Positions 1-8,645 of a stretch of 64,000 nt of DNA are shown in pieces. The DNA comes from an uncultured Verrucomicrobiae bacterium. Its GTDB lineage: Bacteria > Verrucomicrobiota > Verrucomicrobiia > Limisphaerales > UBA11358. The position numbers were made by a program, and so were the translations under genes. The number at the start of each line of letters is the position of its first letter. The stretch's first letter is position 1. The notes under the pieces are model-generated. The model had not been told where the DNA came from and ran no database searches. It saw only the letters and a program-made list of their open reading frames with translations. The stretch covers positions 16,873 to 80,872 of the forward strand of contig CAVPTH010000028.1 in assembly GCA_963708525.1 (NCBI GenBank), in the 5' to 3' direction.

Positions 1-84
1 TCCGTGGAACAGATTGAAGCCAATTTACAGCGGTTGGTGGAAATCCGTTCGCGGTTGCCGGAATATCTATTTACAAACGTATGA
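1..84 (+). CDS. 3' end of an upstream gene truncated by the window edge (…SVEQIEANLQRLVEIRSRLPEYLFTNV*)
   Basis: Frame 1 is open to TGA at 82-84, overlapping the lemA ATG (ATGA coupling). Confidence 0.6.
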   Translation, partial: SVEQIEANLQRLVEIRSRLPEYLFTNV

Positions 85-659
85 GTCCACAAACTCTCAC
101 GCTCATTATTTGCGCCGTCATCATTTTGGTGCCGTGCCTTTACGTGCTCGTGCAATACAACGCGCTCGTCGCTCTCCGGAATTATATCCGCGAATCGTGG
201 AGCGACGTGGATGTGGAGCTGAAACGTCGCTACGACCTCATCCCGAACCTGGTGAACGTGGTCAAAGGTTATGCCACCCACGAACGAGGAACCTTGGAGC
301 GGGTGACAGAACTCCGTAACCGCTGCGCCGCCAACAACGGCGCGGTGGCCGACCAGTCCCGTGACGAAGTACAGCTCGTGGACGCGCTAAAACAATTGCT
401 CGTGGTGGTGGAAAATTATCCGCAACTCAAAGCCGACCAGAATTTTCTCAAGCTGCAAACGGAACTCGTCAACACGGAGGACCGGATCCAGGCCGCGCGC
501 CGGTTTTACAACGGCAATGTGCGGGATTATCGTAACAAATGCGAAACCTTTCCCAGCAACCTCGTGGCGAAGACGTTCGGCTTCAAGTCTGAGGGAGATT
601 TCTTCAGCGTGCCGCCGTCGGTCCGGGACGTGCCGAACGTGGATTTCGCGACGTCGTAA
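81..659 (+). CDS. lemA: LemA family protein
   Basis: N-terminal TM helix; motifs WSDVDVELKRRYDLIPNLV, ENYPQLKADQNF, EDRIQAARRFYN, FPSNLVA. Confidence 0.95.
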   Translation: MSPQTLTLIICAVIILVPCLYVLVQYNALVALRNYIRESWSDVDVELKRRYDLIPNLVNVVKGYATHERGTLERVTELRNRCAANNGAVADQSRDEVQLVDALKQLLVVVENYPQLKADQNFLKLQTELVNTEDRIQAARRFYNGNVRDYRNKCETFPSNLVAKTFGFKSEGDFFSVPPSVRDVPNVDFATS

Positions 660-671
660 CGGGAGATTATT

Positions 672-748
672 GGTAGGGTCGCTCGCCGAGGCGACCGGCG
701 GAACTTTCTTCTCCCTTCGCGCGGACTGCTCGGCGAGCCGTCCCTACC
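672..748. repeat. REP-like palindromic doublet (GGTAG…CTACC)
   Basis: ggtagggtcgctcgccgaggcgacc … ggactgctcggcgagccgtccctacc inverted pair between convergent lemA and hisC. Confidence 0.8.
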
Positions 749-1847
749 GTTTTGCCAGCTTCAACGCGCTGAGGCAGCGTTCATTCTCTTGCGGCGTGCC
801 GATGGAAATGCGGATCCATTCCGGCAGTTGATAGCCGCCCATCGGACGTACAATCACACCCTGCTTTTGCATAGCATCAAAAATCCGCTGCCCGTCGCCG
901 ACACGGACCAGGATGAAATTGGCGAAGGACGGGACATATTCGAGTTTCAAATCCCGGAGCGCGCGTTTGAAGAATTCCAGCCCGGCAAAATTGTTTATGC
1001 GGGTTTTGCGGACGTGCCCGGTGTCATCCAGCGACGCCAGCGCGGCCACTTGCGCGAGCAGATTGAGGTTGAACGGCTGCCGGATTTTCTCCAGCGAGGT
1101 AATGAGCTCTGGATTTCCGATGCCATAGCCGATGCGCAGTCCGGCCAGCCCATAAATCTTCGAGAACGTCCGCATCAAAATCAGGTTCGGCCGCGCGCCC
1201 AGACGCACGAGCGATACCAGGTCCAGCGGGTCTTCCAAAAAATCAATGTAGGCCTCGTCCAACACCAGCAACACACCGTCGGGCACTTCGTTGACAAACT
1301 GGATGACCTCCTCGCGCGGCGCGAGTGTGCCGGTGGGATTGTTCGGGTTGGCCACGAACACGATGCGGGTACGCGGTGTGATCGCGCGGAGCATCGCCGG
1401 TAAATCATGTCCGTAATTTTTCGCCGGTACCGTAATGAGATTCGCTCCGAACAGTGCGGTGACAATGGGATAAACCGCGAAACAATATTGGGAAACGACG
1501 ACGTCGGGAGTGGCAGTGGCGTCATTGCCACCGAGCAATGCGTGTCCGGTGAATTCAATGATTTCATTCGAGCCATTGCCGAGTATCAAATTGGCCGGTT
1601 CGACGCCGAGTTTGGCGGCGAGCTTTTGCTTGAGGTAAAACGCGTTGCCATCGGGATAAAGATTCACACCCGCGAGCGCCTTTTGCATTGCCGCCAGCGC
1701 CAGCGGCGACGGGCCGAACGGATTTTCGTTCGACGCGACCTTGATGATGCCTTCGGCGGGCAGGCCGAGTTCGCGGGCCACCTCCTCGATCGGCCGGCCC
1801 GGCTGGTACGTTGGTAGCGTCTTGAGAAATGGTGAAAGCGGCAGCAT
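744..1847 (-). CDS. hisC: Histidinol-phosphate aminotransferase
   Basis: YQPG, ASNENPFGPS, NPNNPTG, DEAY, RTFSKIYGLAGLRIGY (PLP lysine). Confidence 0.95.
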   Translation of the reverse strand: MLPLSPFLKTLPTYQPGRPIEEVARELGLPAEGIIKVASNENPFGPSPLALAAMQKALAGVNLYPDGNAFYLKQKLAAKLGVEPANLILGNGSNEIIEFTGHALLGGNDATATPDVVVSQYCFAVYPIVTALFGANLITVPAKNYGHDLPAMLRAITPRTRIVFVANPNNPTGTLAPREEVIQFVNEVPDGVLLVLDEAYIDFLEDPLDLVSLVRLGARPNLILMRTFSKIYGLAGLRIGYGIGNPELITSLEKIRQPFNLNLLAQVAALASLDDTGHVRKTRINNFAGLEFFKRALRDLKLEYVPSFANFILVRVGDGQRIFDAMQKQGVIVRPMGGYQLPEWIRISIGTPQENERCLSALKLAKR

Positions 1848-1882
1848 TGAGTTATTAATTTTTAGTTTTAAATTTTGAGTTG
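1848..1882. repeat. Heptamer tandem repeat, left arm of inverted cassette
   Basis: tgagtta ttaattt ttagttt taaattt tgagttg; reverse complement matches the units at 2247-2281. Confidence 0.8.
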
Positions 1883-2232
1883 TCGGAAGTCGTTTGCGAT
1901 GTTTTGACTATCGCTGTCAAAATACGGATCAATTCCAAACTCTCATTATCCAATGGCGAAATCCTGGATTCGGGGATGATTTTTGAATCCCGCAACAAGC
2001 GCAGCCAGTAATGGGTCTCTCTTGCCTCCTTGGAGGCGATAGACATTTTGGCGATGAAATCCGCGCGGCTCACGCCGGCCAAAGCCTCTTCGACATTCGA
2101 ACCGATCGCAGTACCTGAACGCAAAATCTGTCCGGCTAGTTCAAATTCCTTTTGTTCCTTCAACCACCGGGCCAGTGTAATCGTCCGCAAGGCGAAAGCA
2201 TAACTTTTGTCTTTCACGATGCTGGTTTTCAT
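1855..2232 (-). CDS. Four helix bundle protein (TIGR02436 / 23S IVS protein / bAvd-like)
   Basis: QILRSGTAIGSNVEEA, SRADFIAKMSIASKEARETHYWLRLL. Confidence 0.92.
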   Translation of the reverse strand: MKTSIVKDKSYAFALRTITLARWLKEQKEFELAGQILRSGTAIGSNVEEALAGVSRADFIAKMSIASKEARETHYWLRLLRDSKIIPESRISPLDNESLELIRILTAIVKTSQTTSDNSKFKTKN

Positions 2233-2246
2233 TGATCCAAATGCTG

Positions 2247-2281
2247 TAACTAAAAATTAAAAACTCAAAACTAAAAATTCT
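2247..2281. repeat. Heptamer tandem repeat, right arm of inverted cassette
   Basis: taactaa aaattaa aaactca aaactaa aaattct. Confidence 0.8.
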
Positions 2282-3374
2282 AAAGCGCGTTGATAATTTT
2301 CTTCACGTTTACATTCGCCGCGACCAGGTTGCGGATAAGCGAAATTTTTTCCGCGTCGTTCGGCCGCGTTTTGACGGTGAGGTTGTGGACCCGGGAAGCG
2401 ACCTGATAACTGTCTGCTTTGGCCAGCAGGACCGGAATGGGGAGTGTTTGCAAGGCCTTCAGGATGGCTTCGTTGGGACGCAGGCCGCCGGTCAGAACAA
2501 TCCCGGCCATCTTGTCCTCGCTCTGCGGCATCGTCGCCGCGCCGGCTGCCAGGAGGATGTCCTCGCGGTCACCGGGCGTGATGAGCAGCACGCCGCGTTT
2601 GAAGAACTGCATCGCGTTGTGCGCACCCATGGCGCCGATAATGACGTCGTCCACCATGGTGTTCAACGTTACCGGCGTATTCAGCAGTTCGGCGTGCAAT
2701 TCCTCGCGGATCAAATCCATGGACGGACTGCCGAGAATGGGTTCAAAAGGCAGGACACCGAGCAGTTCCAGCCCTTTGCGTTTCAAACCGCGCCGGGCGA
2801 AATCCGTGACGTAATCCACCTTGTCCGGCAACACCTTGTTGAGCATGACCCCGATGATTTCGACGCCTTCCTTTTCGAACAAGGCCTGGTTGAGCGCAAC
2901 CTCGTCAATCGGTTTGCCGATGCCACCCTGGCTGACGATGATGACCTTGCAACCGAGGGTTTTGGCCACTTGCGCATTGGACAAATCAAACACGGAACCC
3001 ACCCCGGCGTGCCCGGAGCCTTCGCACAACACAAAATCCTTTTCCCAGGCGACGCGGTCGAAGGCTTTATGGATTCTTTTGACGAGGACTTCATTGTTCG
3101 ACGCCTGAAGATACTTACGCGTGAAATCCGGCTCGACGGCAATCGGACTCATGTCCACCAACGGGCAGTTCATCCGGAACACCGCGTCCATCAGCACGGT
3201 GTCCTCGTCGATTTTCTGTTCCTCGATTTCAACGAAACGCTGGCCGACGGGCTTGATGTAACCGATGCGCGGGAAATGTTCCTGCAATGCGCCGATCAGT
3301 CCGAGCGCCACGGTGGTTTTGCCGTCGTTCTGGCGGGTGGCGGCGATGAAAACGCGCGGAGTTTCGGTGTTCAT
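2280..3374 (-). CDS. BioD-like P-loop + DRTGG domain protein (stand-alone N-terminal part of long Pta)
   Basis: NDGKTT P-loop, YIKPVG, EGSGH, ITPGDREDI, LTGG. Start moved to MNTETP because the upstream extension is translated repeat DNA. Confidence 0.85.
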   Translation of the reverse strand: MNTETPRVFIAATRQNDGKTTVALGLIGALQEHFPRIGYIKPVGQRFVEIEEQKIDEDTVLMDAVFRMNCPLVDMSPIAVEPDFTRKYLQASNNEVLVKRIHKAFDRVAWEKDFVLCEGSGHAGVGSVFDLSNAQVAKTLGCKVIIVSQGGIGKPIDEVALNQALFEKEGVEIIGVMLNKVLPDKVDYVTDFARRGLKRKGLELLGVLPFEPILGSPSMDLIREELHAELLNTPVTLNTMVDDVIIGAMGAHNAMQFFKRGVLLITPGDREDILLAAGAATMPQSEDKMAGIVLTGGLRPNEAILKALQTLPIPVLLAKADSYQVASRVHNLTVKTRPNDAEKISLIRNLVAANVNVKKIINAL

Positions 3375-3478
3375 GAAAGGCAGAAGGCAGAAGGCAGAAT
3401 GCAGAATGAAAACCCGGACGCTGCCGGAAATAATTCGTGTTTCCGCCTTCTGCCTTCTGCCTTCTTCATTTTCTTTAT
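3375..3478. repeat. Empty heptamer inverted-repeat cassette (CAGAAGG/CAGAATG … TCTGCCT)
   Basis: cagaagg cagaagg cagaatg cagaatg … tccgcct tctgcct tctgcct tcttcat. Confidence 0.8.
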
Positions 3479-4527
3479 TCTCCCGGCAAATGCGCGTCGG
3501 CGCCCGGGTAAAGCTTTTGGTAATCAATCGCCTGGACACCAACAATCGCGGCGACGCCCAGGATATCGTGCGCGGTCGAACCGCGCGAAACGTCCGCGGC
3601 GGGCCGGTTCAAGCCGAGCAAAATCTGGCCATAGGCGTTGGCGTGGCCGACCAGCCGGACGAGTTTGCTGGCAATGTTGCCCGAATTGAGGTCGGGGAAA
3701 ATCAGCACGTTCGCTTTCCCGGCCACCTTGCTGTCATGCAGCTTGCGTTCGGCGATCTCCGGCACCAGCGCGGCGTCCACCTGCAATTCGCCGTCGAAGT
3801 CGGCTTCCAGGAACATCTGTTCGGCCTTGCGCCGGGCCGTGGCCGCCGCCGCCTGGACCTTGCCGACGGACGGATGCGCTGCACTGCCCCGGGTGGAAAA
3901 GGACAGGAACGCCACGCGCGGGCGCACGCCGAGCATGTGGCGCGCCAGTTGTGCGGTGGTCACGCCGATATCCGCCAGTTGATCCACTTTGGGATCGGGA
4001 ATGACGCCGCAGTCTGCCATAAACAACACACCTTCCTCGCCGATCCGTGTGTCTTCGACCTCCATCACCATGCAACTCGACGCCGTGGTGATGTTCGGCG
4101 CGGGCTTGATGATTTGAAACAGCGGCCGCAGCAGGCTGCTGGTGATGTGCGACGCGCCGGAAATCACCCCGTCGGCCTGGTGCATTGCCAGCATCATCGT
4201 GCCGAAATAATTCGGTTGCAACATGGCCTCGCGCGCTTCCTGTGCCTGCACACCCTTTTCCCGGCGTAAACGGTAAAAGCGATTGGCAAAGTTCTCCAGC
4301 TCCTCACTCTGCGACGGATTGATGACCCGAATGCCTTCGAGCGGAAGGTCCAGTCCGTCCGCCAAGGCCTTTATTTTGGCCGGGTCACCGAGCACGATGG
4401 GTGCGCCCAGCCGCAGGGCAAAAAACTGCCGGGCTGCCTGCAGAATGCGCGGTTCCTCGCCTTCGGGAAAGACCACCCGTTTCGGATGCCGCTGCAATTT
4501 TTCAATGACATTCCCAATAAAACGCAT
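3475..4527 (-). CDS. pta: Phosphate acetyltransferase (short form)
   Basis: VVFPEGEEPRIL, ADCGVIPDP, LSFSTRGS, DGELQVDAAL, FPDLNSGNI, DVSRG. Confidence 0.9.
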   Translation of the reverse strand: MRFIGNVIEKLQRHPKRVVFPEGEEPRILQAARQFFALRLGAPIVLGDPAKIKALADGLDLPLEGIRVINPSQSEELENFANRFYRLRREKGVQAQEAREAMLQPNYFGTMMLAMHQADGVISGASHITSSLLRPLFQIIKPAPNITTASSCMVMEVEDTRIGEEGVLFMADCGVIPDPKVDQLADIGVTTAQLARHMLGVRPRVAFLSFSTRGSAAHPSVGKVQAAAATARRKAEQMFLEADFDGELQVDAALVPEIAERKLHDSKVAGKANVLIFPDLNSGNIASKLVRLVGHANAYGQILLGLNRPAADVSRGSTAHDILGVAAIVGVQAIDYQKLYPGADAHLPGE

Positions 4528-4768
4528 GGCGACAGGTTAGCCGTGAAACCCGAAACTGCAAAATGAATTTCCCGTTTGGATGTGGAAGGCGTTGATTTCT
4601 GCTGCGACGAATCAAAAACCGGCGTGGACATCATCCGGATGTCGCCTGCCCCGGACTCGCCATCTGCAATTCCGAGGAACGCAAAGTTTGCCAATGACCT
4701 GACTGCTTCAGACGATTTCCATTTCCAGTCTGAATGAAATTTCAATTCAGACTTGCGGAAGACAATCG

Positions 4769-4939
4769 CTATCCAAGGTTGTCCGCCTGAACAAATCCGA
4801 CGATTTCATCCACGTTGAAGGCCGCGATCACGGTCTCTCCTTCCCAAAAGAAAATAATTTTGTTGCCATCGCCAACAGTAGCCGTCTCTGCTTTAATCGT
4901 CAGGGCGGAGTTTTTTGTAAGCACTCGGTAGGTTTTCAT
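4769..4939 (-). CDS. Small hypothetical protein, 56 aa (MKTYRVLTKNSALTIKAETATVGDGNKIIFFWEGETVIAAFNVDEIVGFVQADNLG)
   Basis: Hand-translated intact ATG…TAG ORF below the track cutoff; upstream TAAGG Shine-Dalgarno-like sequence. Confidence 0.55.
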   Translation of the reverse strand: MKTYRVLTKNSALTIKAETATVGDGNKIIFFWEGETVIAAFNVDEIVGFVQADNLG

Positions 4940-5046
4940 ATCAGCTTAACCTTAATTGATTCCGGCCAATACGCAATTCGGGAACCTCATCAACCTTAAA
5001 GTGCACCCGGCCTTTCAAAACGGACCAATACCCACCTTTGCCTGCA

Positions 5047-5075
5047 TTGACTTGACGGTCAGCGGTTGCTATGCT
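5047..5075 (+). promoter_or_regulatory. Sigma70-type promoter
   Basis: TTGACT-N17-TATGCT with extended -10 TG; supports the ATG at 5086 as the start. Confidence 0.6.
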
Positions 5076-5085
5076 TTACAGTTCA

Positions 5086-5814
5086 ATGCTTGAAGCAATT
5101 GAGAAACTTCTGATTCTACAGGATCGCGACCGGAAAATCCGCCGCGTCCAACAGGAGTTGGGCCACATCGGCCCGGAACGCGAAACCCTCCGTACCAGGG
5201 CGGTTACGGCGCAAACGCACCTGGACGCCGCCAAAAATCGCGTCAAACAAATCGAGTCCGAACGCAAACGGCTTGAACTCGACGTGGAAGGGCAGAAATC
5301 GCAGATCGAGAAATATGCCAACCAGCAGCTGCAGACGCGCAAGAATGAGGAATACCGCGCGCTCGCCCATGAAATCGAAATGTGCAAGGAAACCATTGTC
5401 AAAATCGAAGACCAGGAGATCGTTCTAATGGAACAGGGCGAAGCGGCGCAAAAGGAGGTTGCCCGCGCGACCCAGGAGGCCGGCGAAGCAAAGAAGCTGA
5501 TGGATAGCCAGGTGGCGGAACTGGACCAGCGTGAGGCGAATTTGAAGAAGGAGCTCACCGAATTGCAAACCGGACGCACGGAACTGGCGGCGGCGGTGGA
5601 GGAAACGGCGCGGGCACGTTACGAGCGGCTGTTCAAGAACCGGGGCGATAACGTCATCGTCGGCGTGAACAATGGCGTCTGCGGTGGTTGTCACATGAAA
5701 TTGCCTCCGCAGGTTCTCGTCACCTGCCGATCGCAACAGGAAATCGTGGCCTGCTCAAACTGCGGACGGATTTTGTATTACACCCGCGACATGGCGCTGG
5801 CCGCAACGGAGTGA
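5086..5814 (+). CDS. Coiled-coil protein with C-terminal C4 zinc ribbon (DUF164/CT398-like)
   Basis: Long coiled coil, NEEYRALAHEIE, CGGCH…CSNCGRILY. Confidence 0.9.
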   Translation: MLEAIEKLLILQDRDRKIRRVQQELGHIGPERETLRTRAVTAQTHLDAAKNRVKQIESERKRLELDVEGQKSQIEKYANQQLQTRKNEEYRALAHEIEMCKETIVKIEDQEIVLMEQGEAAQKEVARATQEAGEAKKLMDSQVAELDQREANLKKELTELQTGRTELAAAVEETARARYERLFKNRGDNVIVGVNNGVCGGCHMKLPPQVLVTCRSQQEIVACSNCGRILYYTRDMALAATE

Positions 5815-5981
5815 ACCTGTGACAAGTGACAGGTGGTAATGGCAGGAACTTTTCGCTTGTTCTCCCGCAAATTTTGTAGCCGTGGACGTGAGTCCGCGCA
5901 CTTTAAATCCAATAAAAGTCAGCGCCGACTGACGTCGGCGGCTACGGTTTCTTGTCACTTGTCACCCGTCACCGGTCACTT
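5811..5981. repeat. Heptamer inverted cassette (GTGACAA…TTGTCAC) enclosing a GTAG…CTAC REP doublet (5876-5945)
   Basis: gtgacaa gtgacag … cttgtca cttgtca cccgtca ccggtca; inner gtagccgtggacgtgagtccg…ccgactgacgtcggcggctac. Confidence 0.78.
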
Positions 5982-5987
5982 TATATT
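5959..5987 (+). promoter_or_regulatory. Putative rnpB promoter
   Basis: TTGTCA-N17-TATATT ending ~6 nt before the P1 helix. Confidence 0.55.
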
Positions 5988-5992
5988 GTGAG

Positions 5993-6421
5993 TGGTTTTG
6001 GAAGGGCGGAGAATCGCTTCCGTCCCGCATTGCGGGACGGGGGAGGAAAGTCCGAACACCAAAGGGCGCGATGCCGCGTAACCTTGTAGCGGCGGTCCCT
6101 GACCGTCGCCAAACAAGGATACACGCGGGCGGAAATGAAAGTTTCCGACGGACAGTGCCACAGAAAACAGACAGCCTTCGTCCCGCTCTGCGGGACGGCG
6201 GTGATGGTGAAAAGGTGCGGTAAGAGCGCACCGCGCGGAGCGTAAGCGACGCGGCACGGAAAACCCCATCGGGTGCAAGGCCAAATAGGGAATCCCGGAG
6301 CGGCCCGCTCCAGTCCCGCCAACGCGGGAGGATTCCGGGTACCGGCTGCTAAGACAAATGATTCTCTCCCCCGAAAGCTTTCGGGGCAGACAGAATTCGG
6401 CTTACAGCCCTTCCAAAACCA
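5993..6421 (+). ncRNA. rnpB: RNase P RNA (class A)
   Basis: GAGGAAAGTCC, CAGTGCCACAGAAA, GGTAAGAG, ACAGAATTCGGCTTAC; terminal P1 helix tggttttggaagggc/gcccttccaaaacca. Confidence 0.97.
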
Positions 6422-6495
6422 TTTTCAATTTCAGATGGACGATTTTCGATTTGCGAGGTCATCGCAAATCCAGCCGGCGCGCAAATCGAAAAGAG
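6421..6495. repeat. Degenerate heptamer inverted cassette (ATTTTCG…CGCAAAT)
   Basis: attttca atttcag atggacg attttcg atttgcg … cgcaaatc…cgcaaatcgaaaa. Confidence 0.55.
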
Positions 6496-6526
6496 GCAGA
6501 CCGTTTTCACGATCTTCTGTTTGAAA

Positions 6527-8086
6527 TCATCGGCCTGGATTCCTTTGCCAATTCAGGCCCGGCGGTTTGCCATTTTGTGGTATCGCCTGGGGGGGCGTAG
6601 TCTTTTGAAACATGGCAGCCGGGCCCTCATTCCCGGCCCGATCCACGGCGCTGACGGCAACGATGTCCGGCTTGGAATCGGAGAACGTCCGTGTCGTTTG
6701 ATTCGCCGGCAGGATTTCGGTGGTCCACACACCCTTGACCTGAAATTGCAGGATCCAGAGCCATGCCGGTTCGCCGTCGCCCCTGGCCCAATCGAACCGC
6801 AAGCTGCTCCAGCCCGCGCCACTGCTGAGTTTCGGCTTGTTCGGCGGAACGGAATCCAGCCACGGCGACGCGGGCACGAGTGCCGGCTGCAGGTAGGCGG
6901 TCCGAACGACCTCGGTTAACGCTCGATTATCAGACAGGCTGCTCAGGTGATAAAAGATTTCGCCGCTTACTCCGGGTTGCTGGCGCGCGATCTGGATCTG
7001 CCGCGCGATTTCATCCGGCCTCCATTTTGTGCCCACATTAACGGCATCCAGGCTGGGCCAGAGATGGCGGTGTTTGACGTTCTGATCCGACCACCATTGG
7101 AGGAGCACGGGAAAACTTTGTTCCCGCTGGTCCACCGGCCAGTACAACTGCGGTGAGAGATAATCAACCCACCCCTCGGCCAGCCACAAGTGCGAGTCGG
7201 CGTAGAGTTTCGCGTAGGTATCGAGTCCCTGGATTTGTTTCGGGTAGCCCGGCCGCCAGATGCCAAACGGGCTGATCCCGAATTTCACCCACGGTTTCAG
7301 CGCGTGGATGGACCGATCGACGTTCTGAATGAATTGATTGACGTTGGCCCGCCGCCATTCGTCACGGTTCACCCCGCCGGCCGCCCCATACTTCCGCCAG
7401 CTGGTACTGTCGGGAAAATCCAGGTTGCGTCCATCCCCATCCTTCTCCGGATACGGATAAAAATAATCGTCAAATACAATGCCATCCACATCGTATCGCC
7501 GGACGACGTCCTGAATGACGCTTTGAACATGTTCGCGCGCGGCGGGCTCGCCGGGATCAAGCCAAAGCAGACTCCCGTAGCGGCGGACGAGTTCGGGATG
7601 GGCACGGGACAGATGGTTGAGTGCCGCCGGAGATCTGGCTTGCGCCGGCGGCAGCGAGACACGGAACGGATTGAACCACGCATGCAGTTCCAGGCCGCGC
7701 CGGTGGGCTTCCTGAATGGCGAAGGCCAGCGGGTCGTAGAACGGTTGCGGCGCCCGGCCCATCCGGCCGGTGAGAAATTCCGACCACGGCTCAAGGGACG
7801 AGGCATAGATAGCGTCGGCCATCGGACGGACCTGTAAAATCACCGCATTCAACTTCAATTGCACGGCATGGTCGAGCAGCGAAGTTAATTCAGATTTTTG
7901 CTGCGCGACACTGAGGCCGGGTTGTGACGGCCAATCGAGATTCGCGACGGTGGCCACCCAGGCCCCGCGAAATTCACGGGGTGGGGCCGGCGGGGAGACA
8001 GTCGCCGGCACGTACGTTGTGTCGGCCGCGAACAGCATCGCGGGAAGCAACAGGATGAGCGCAGATAATAAGCCGGTTCGAACCAT
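6527..8086 (-). CDS. Glycoside hydrolase-like family 10 (GHL10; YddW/DigH-like), secreted
   Basis: REFRGAWVATVANLDWPS, ELHAWFNP, YDVDGIVFDDYFYPY, DYLSPQLYW; signal peptide from MVRTG. Confidence 0.88.
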   Translation of the reverse strand: MVRTGLLSALILLLPAMLFAADTTYVPATVSPPAPPREFRGAWVATVANLDWPSQPGLSVAQQKSELTSLLDHAVQLKLNAVILQVRPMADAIYASSLEPWSEFLTGRMGRAPQPFYDPLAFAIQEAHRRGLELHAWFNPFRVSLPPAQARSPAALNHLSRAHPELVRRYGSLLWLDPGEPAAREHVQSVIQDVVRRYDVDGIVFDDYFYPYPEKDGDGRNLDFPDSTSWRKYGAAGGVNRDEWRRANVNQFIQNVDRSIHALKPWVKFGISPFGIWRPGYPKQIQGLDTYAKLYADSHLWLAEGWVDYLSPQLYWPVDQREQSFPVLLQWWSDQNVKHRHLWPSLDAVNVGTKWRPDEIARQIQIARQQPGVSGEIFYHLSSLSDNRALTEVVRTAYLQPALVPASPWLDSVPPNKPKLSSGAGWSSLRFDWARGDGEPAWLWILQFQVKGVWTTEILPANQTTRTFSDSKPDIVAVSAVDRAGNEGPAAMFQKTTPPQAIPQNGKPPGLNWQRNPGR

Positions 8087-8194
8087 AAGGCGCAAATCAA
8101 TAAGACGCTTTGGCACGCCGATTGGCAAAGGTTTTTTGAATAAAAACGGCCTTTTATGAGGGGAACTTGACAAACTCCGCCGGCTGTGATTTAC

Positions 8195-8361
8195 TTCGCC
8201 CGTTGCAGCCGAAATCCGGCTTCCTTCCTGAGGCCGGATGCGGGAGACCCAAACTCCTCAGCGTAATTGAGGACGGGGCGAACGAAGCCGGGCAACCGGT
8301 TTCAAGGCCACTTTCAAGGCCAAGCCCGACAGCTAATCTCGCAGGCATTTGGAAGGGCGAG
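8195..8361 (+). promoter_or_regulatory. c-di-AMP riboswitch (ydaO-yuaA class)
   Basis: gccgaaatcc…ggatgcgggagaccc…ggggcgaa…ctttca…gcccgacagctaatctcgcaggc; closing stem ttcgccc/gggcga; TTGACA at 8167; lies upstream of K+ transporters. Confidence 0.88.
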
Positions 8362-8460
8362 CCTCTGAACCGCGAAGTCCGCGGCCATCAAGTTCACCCA
8401 ACTGAAAATTAATTGCGGTGTGCGTTGTGTTCGTAACATGGCGTCGCCGTTGATGAAATC

Positions 8461-8544
8461 ATGTTGGACGTAATCTATATCGGATTGGTTTGTGGAGTTT
8501 TCATGGCCTTTTTGCTGTATGCCGTCGGCTGTCAAAAACTCTGA
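8461..8544 (+). CDS. 27-aa membrane micro-peptide upstream of kdpF (MLDVIYIGLVCGVFMAFLLYAVGCQKL)
   Basis: Hand-translated hydrophobic ORF directly before kdpF. Confidence 0.7.
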   Translation: MLDVIYIGLVCGVFMAFLLYAVGCQKL

Positions 8545-8552
8545 CTGAATTT

Positions 8553-8636
8553 ATGGAAAACCTCATTCTCGGAATCATTTGCGTGGCGCTTTGCGTTTAT
8601 CTGATTGTCGCCATGCTTAAGCCGGAAAAATTTTAA
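8553..8636 (+). CDS. kdpF: K+-transporting ATPase subunit F
   Basis: MENLILGIICVALCVYLIVAMLKPEKF with the YL..A…PEKF signature. Confidence 0.9.
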   Translation: MENLILGIICVALCVYLIVAMLKPEKF

Positions 8637-8645
8637 CCAACGGCC

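Noticed and set aside
1855-2232. Diversity-generating retroelement, because the protein is Avd-like
   Set aside because: No reverse transcriptase and no template/variable repeat pair seen in the window.
5962-6524. Several ORFs over this interval
   Set aside because: They overlap the RNase P RNA and are spurious.
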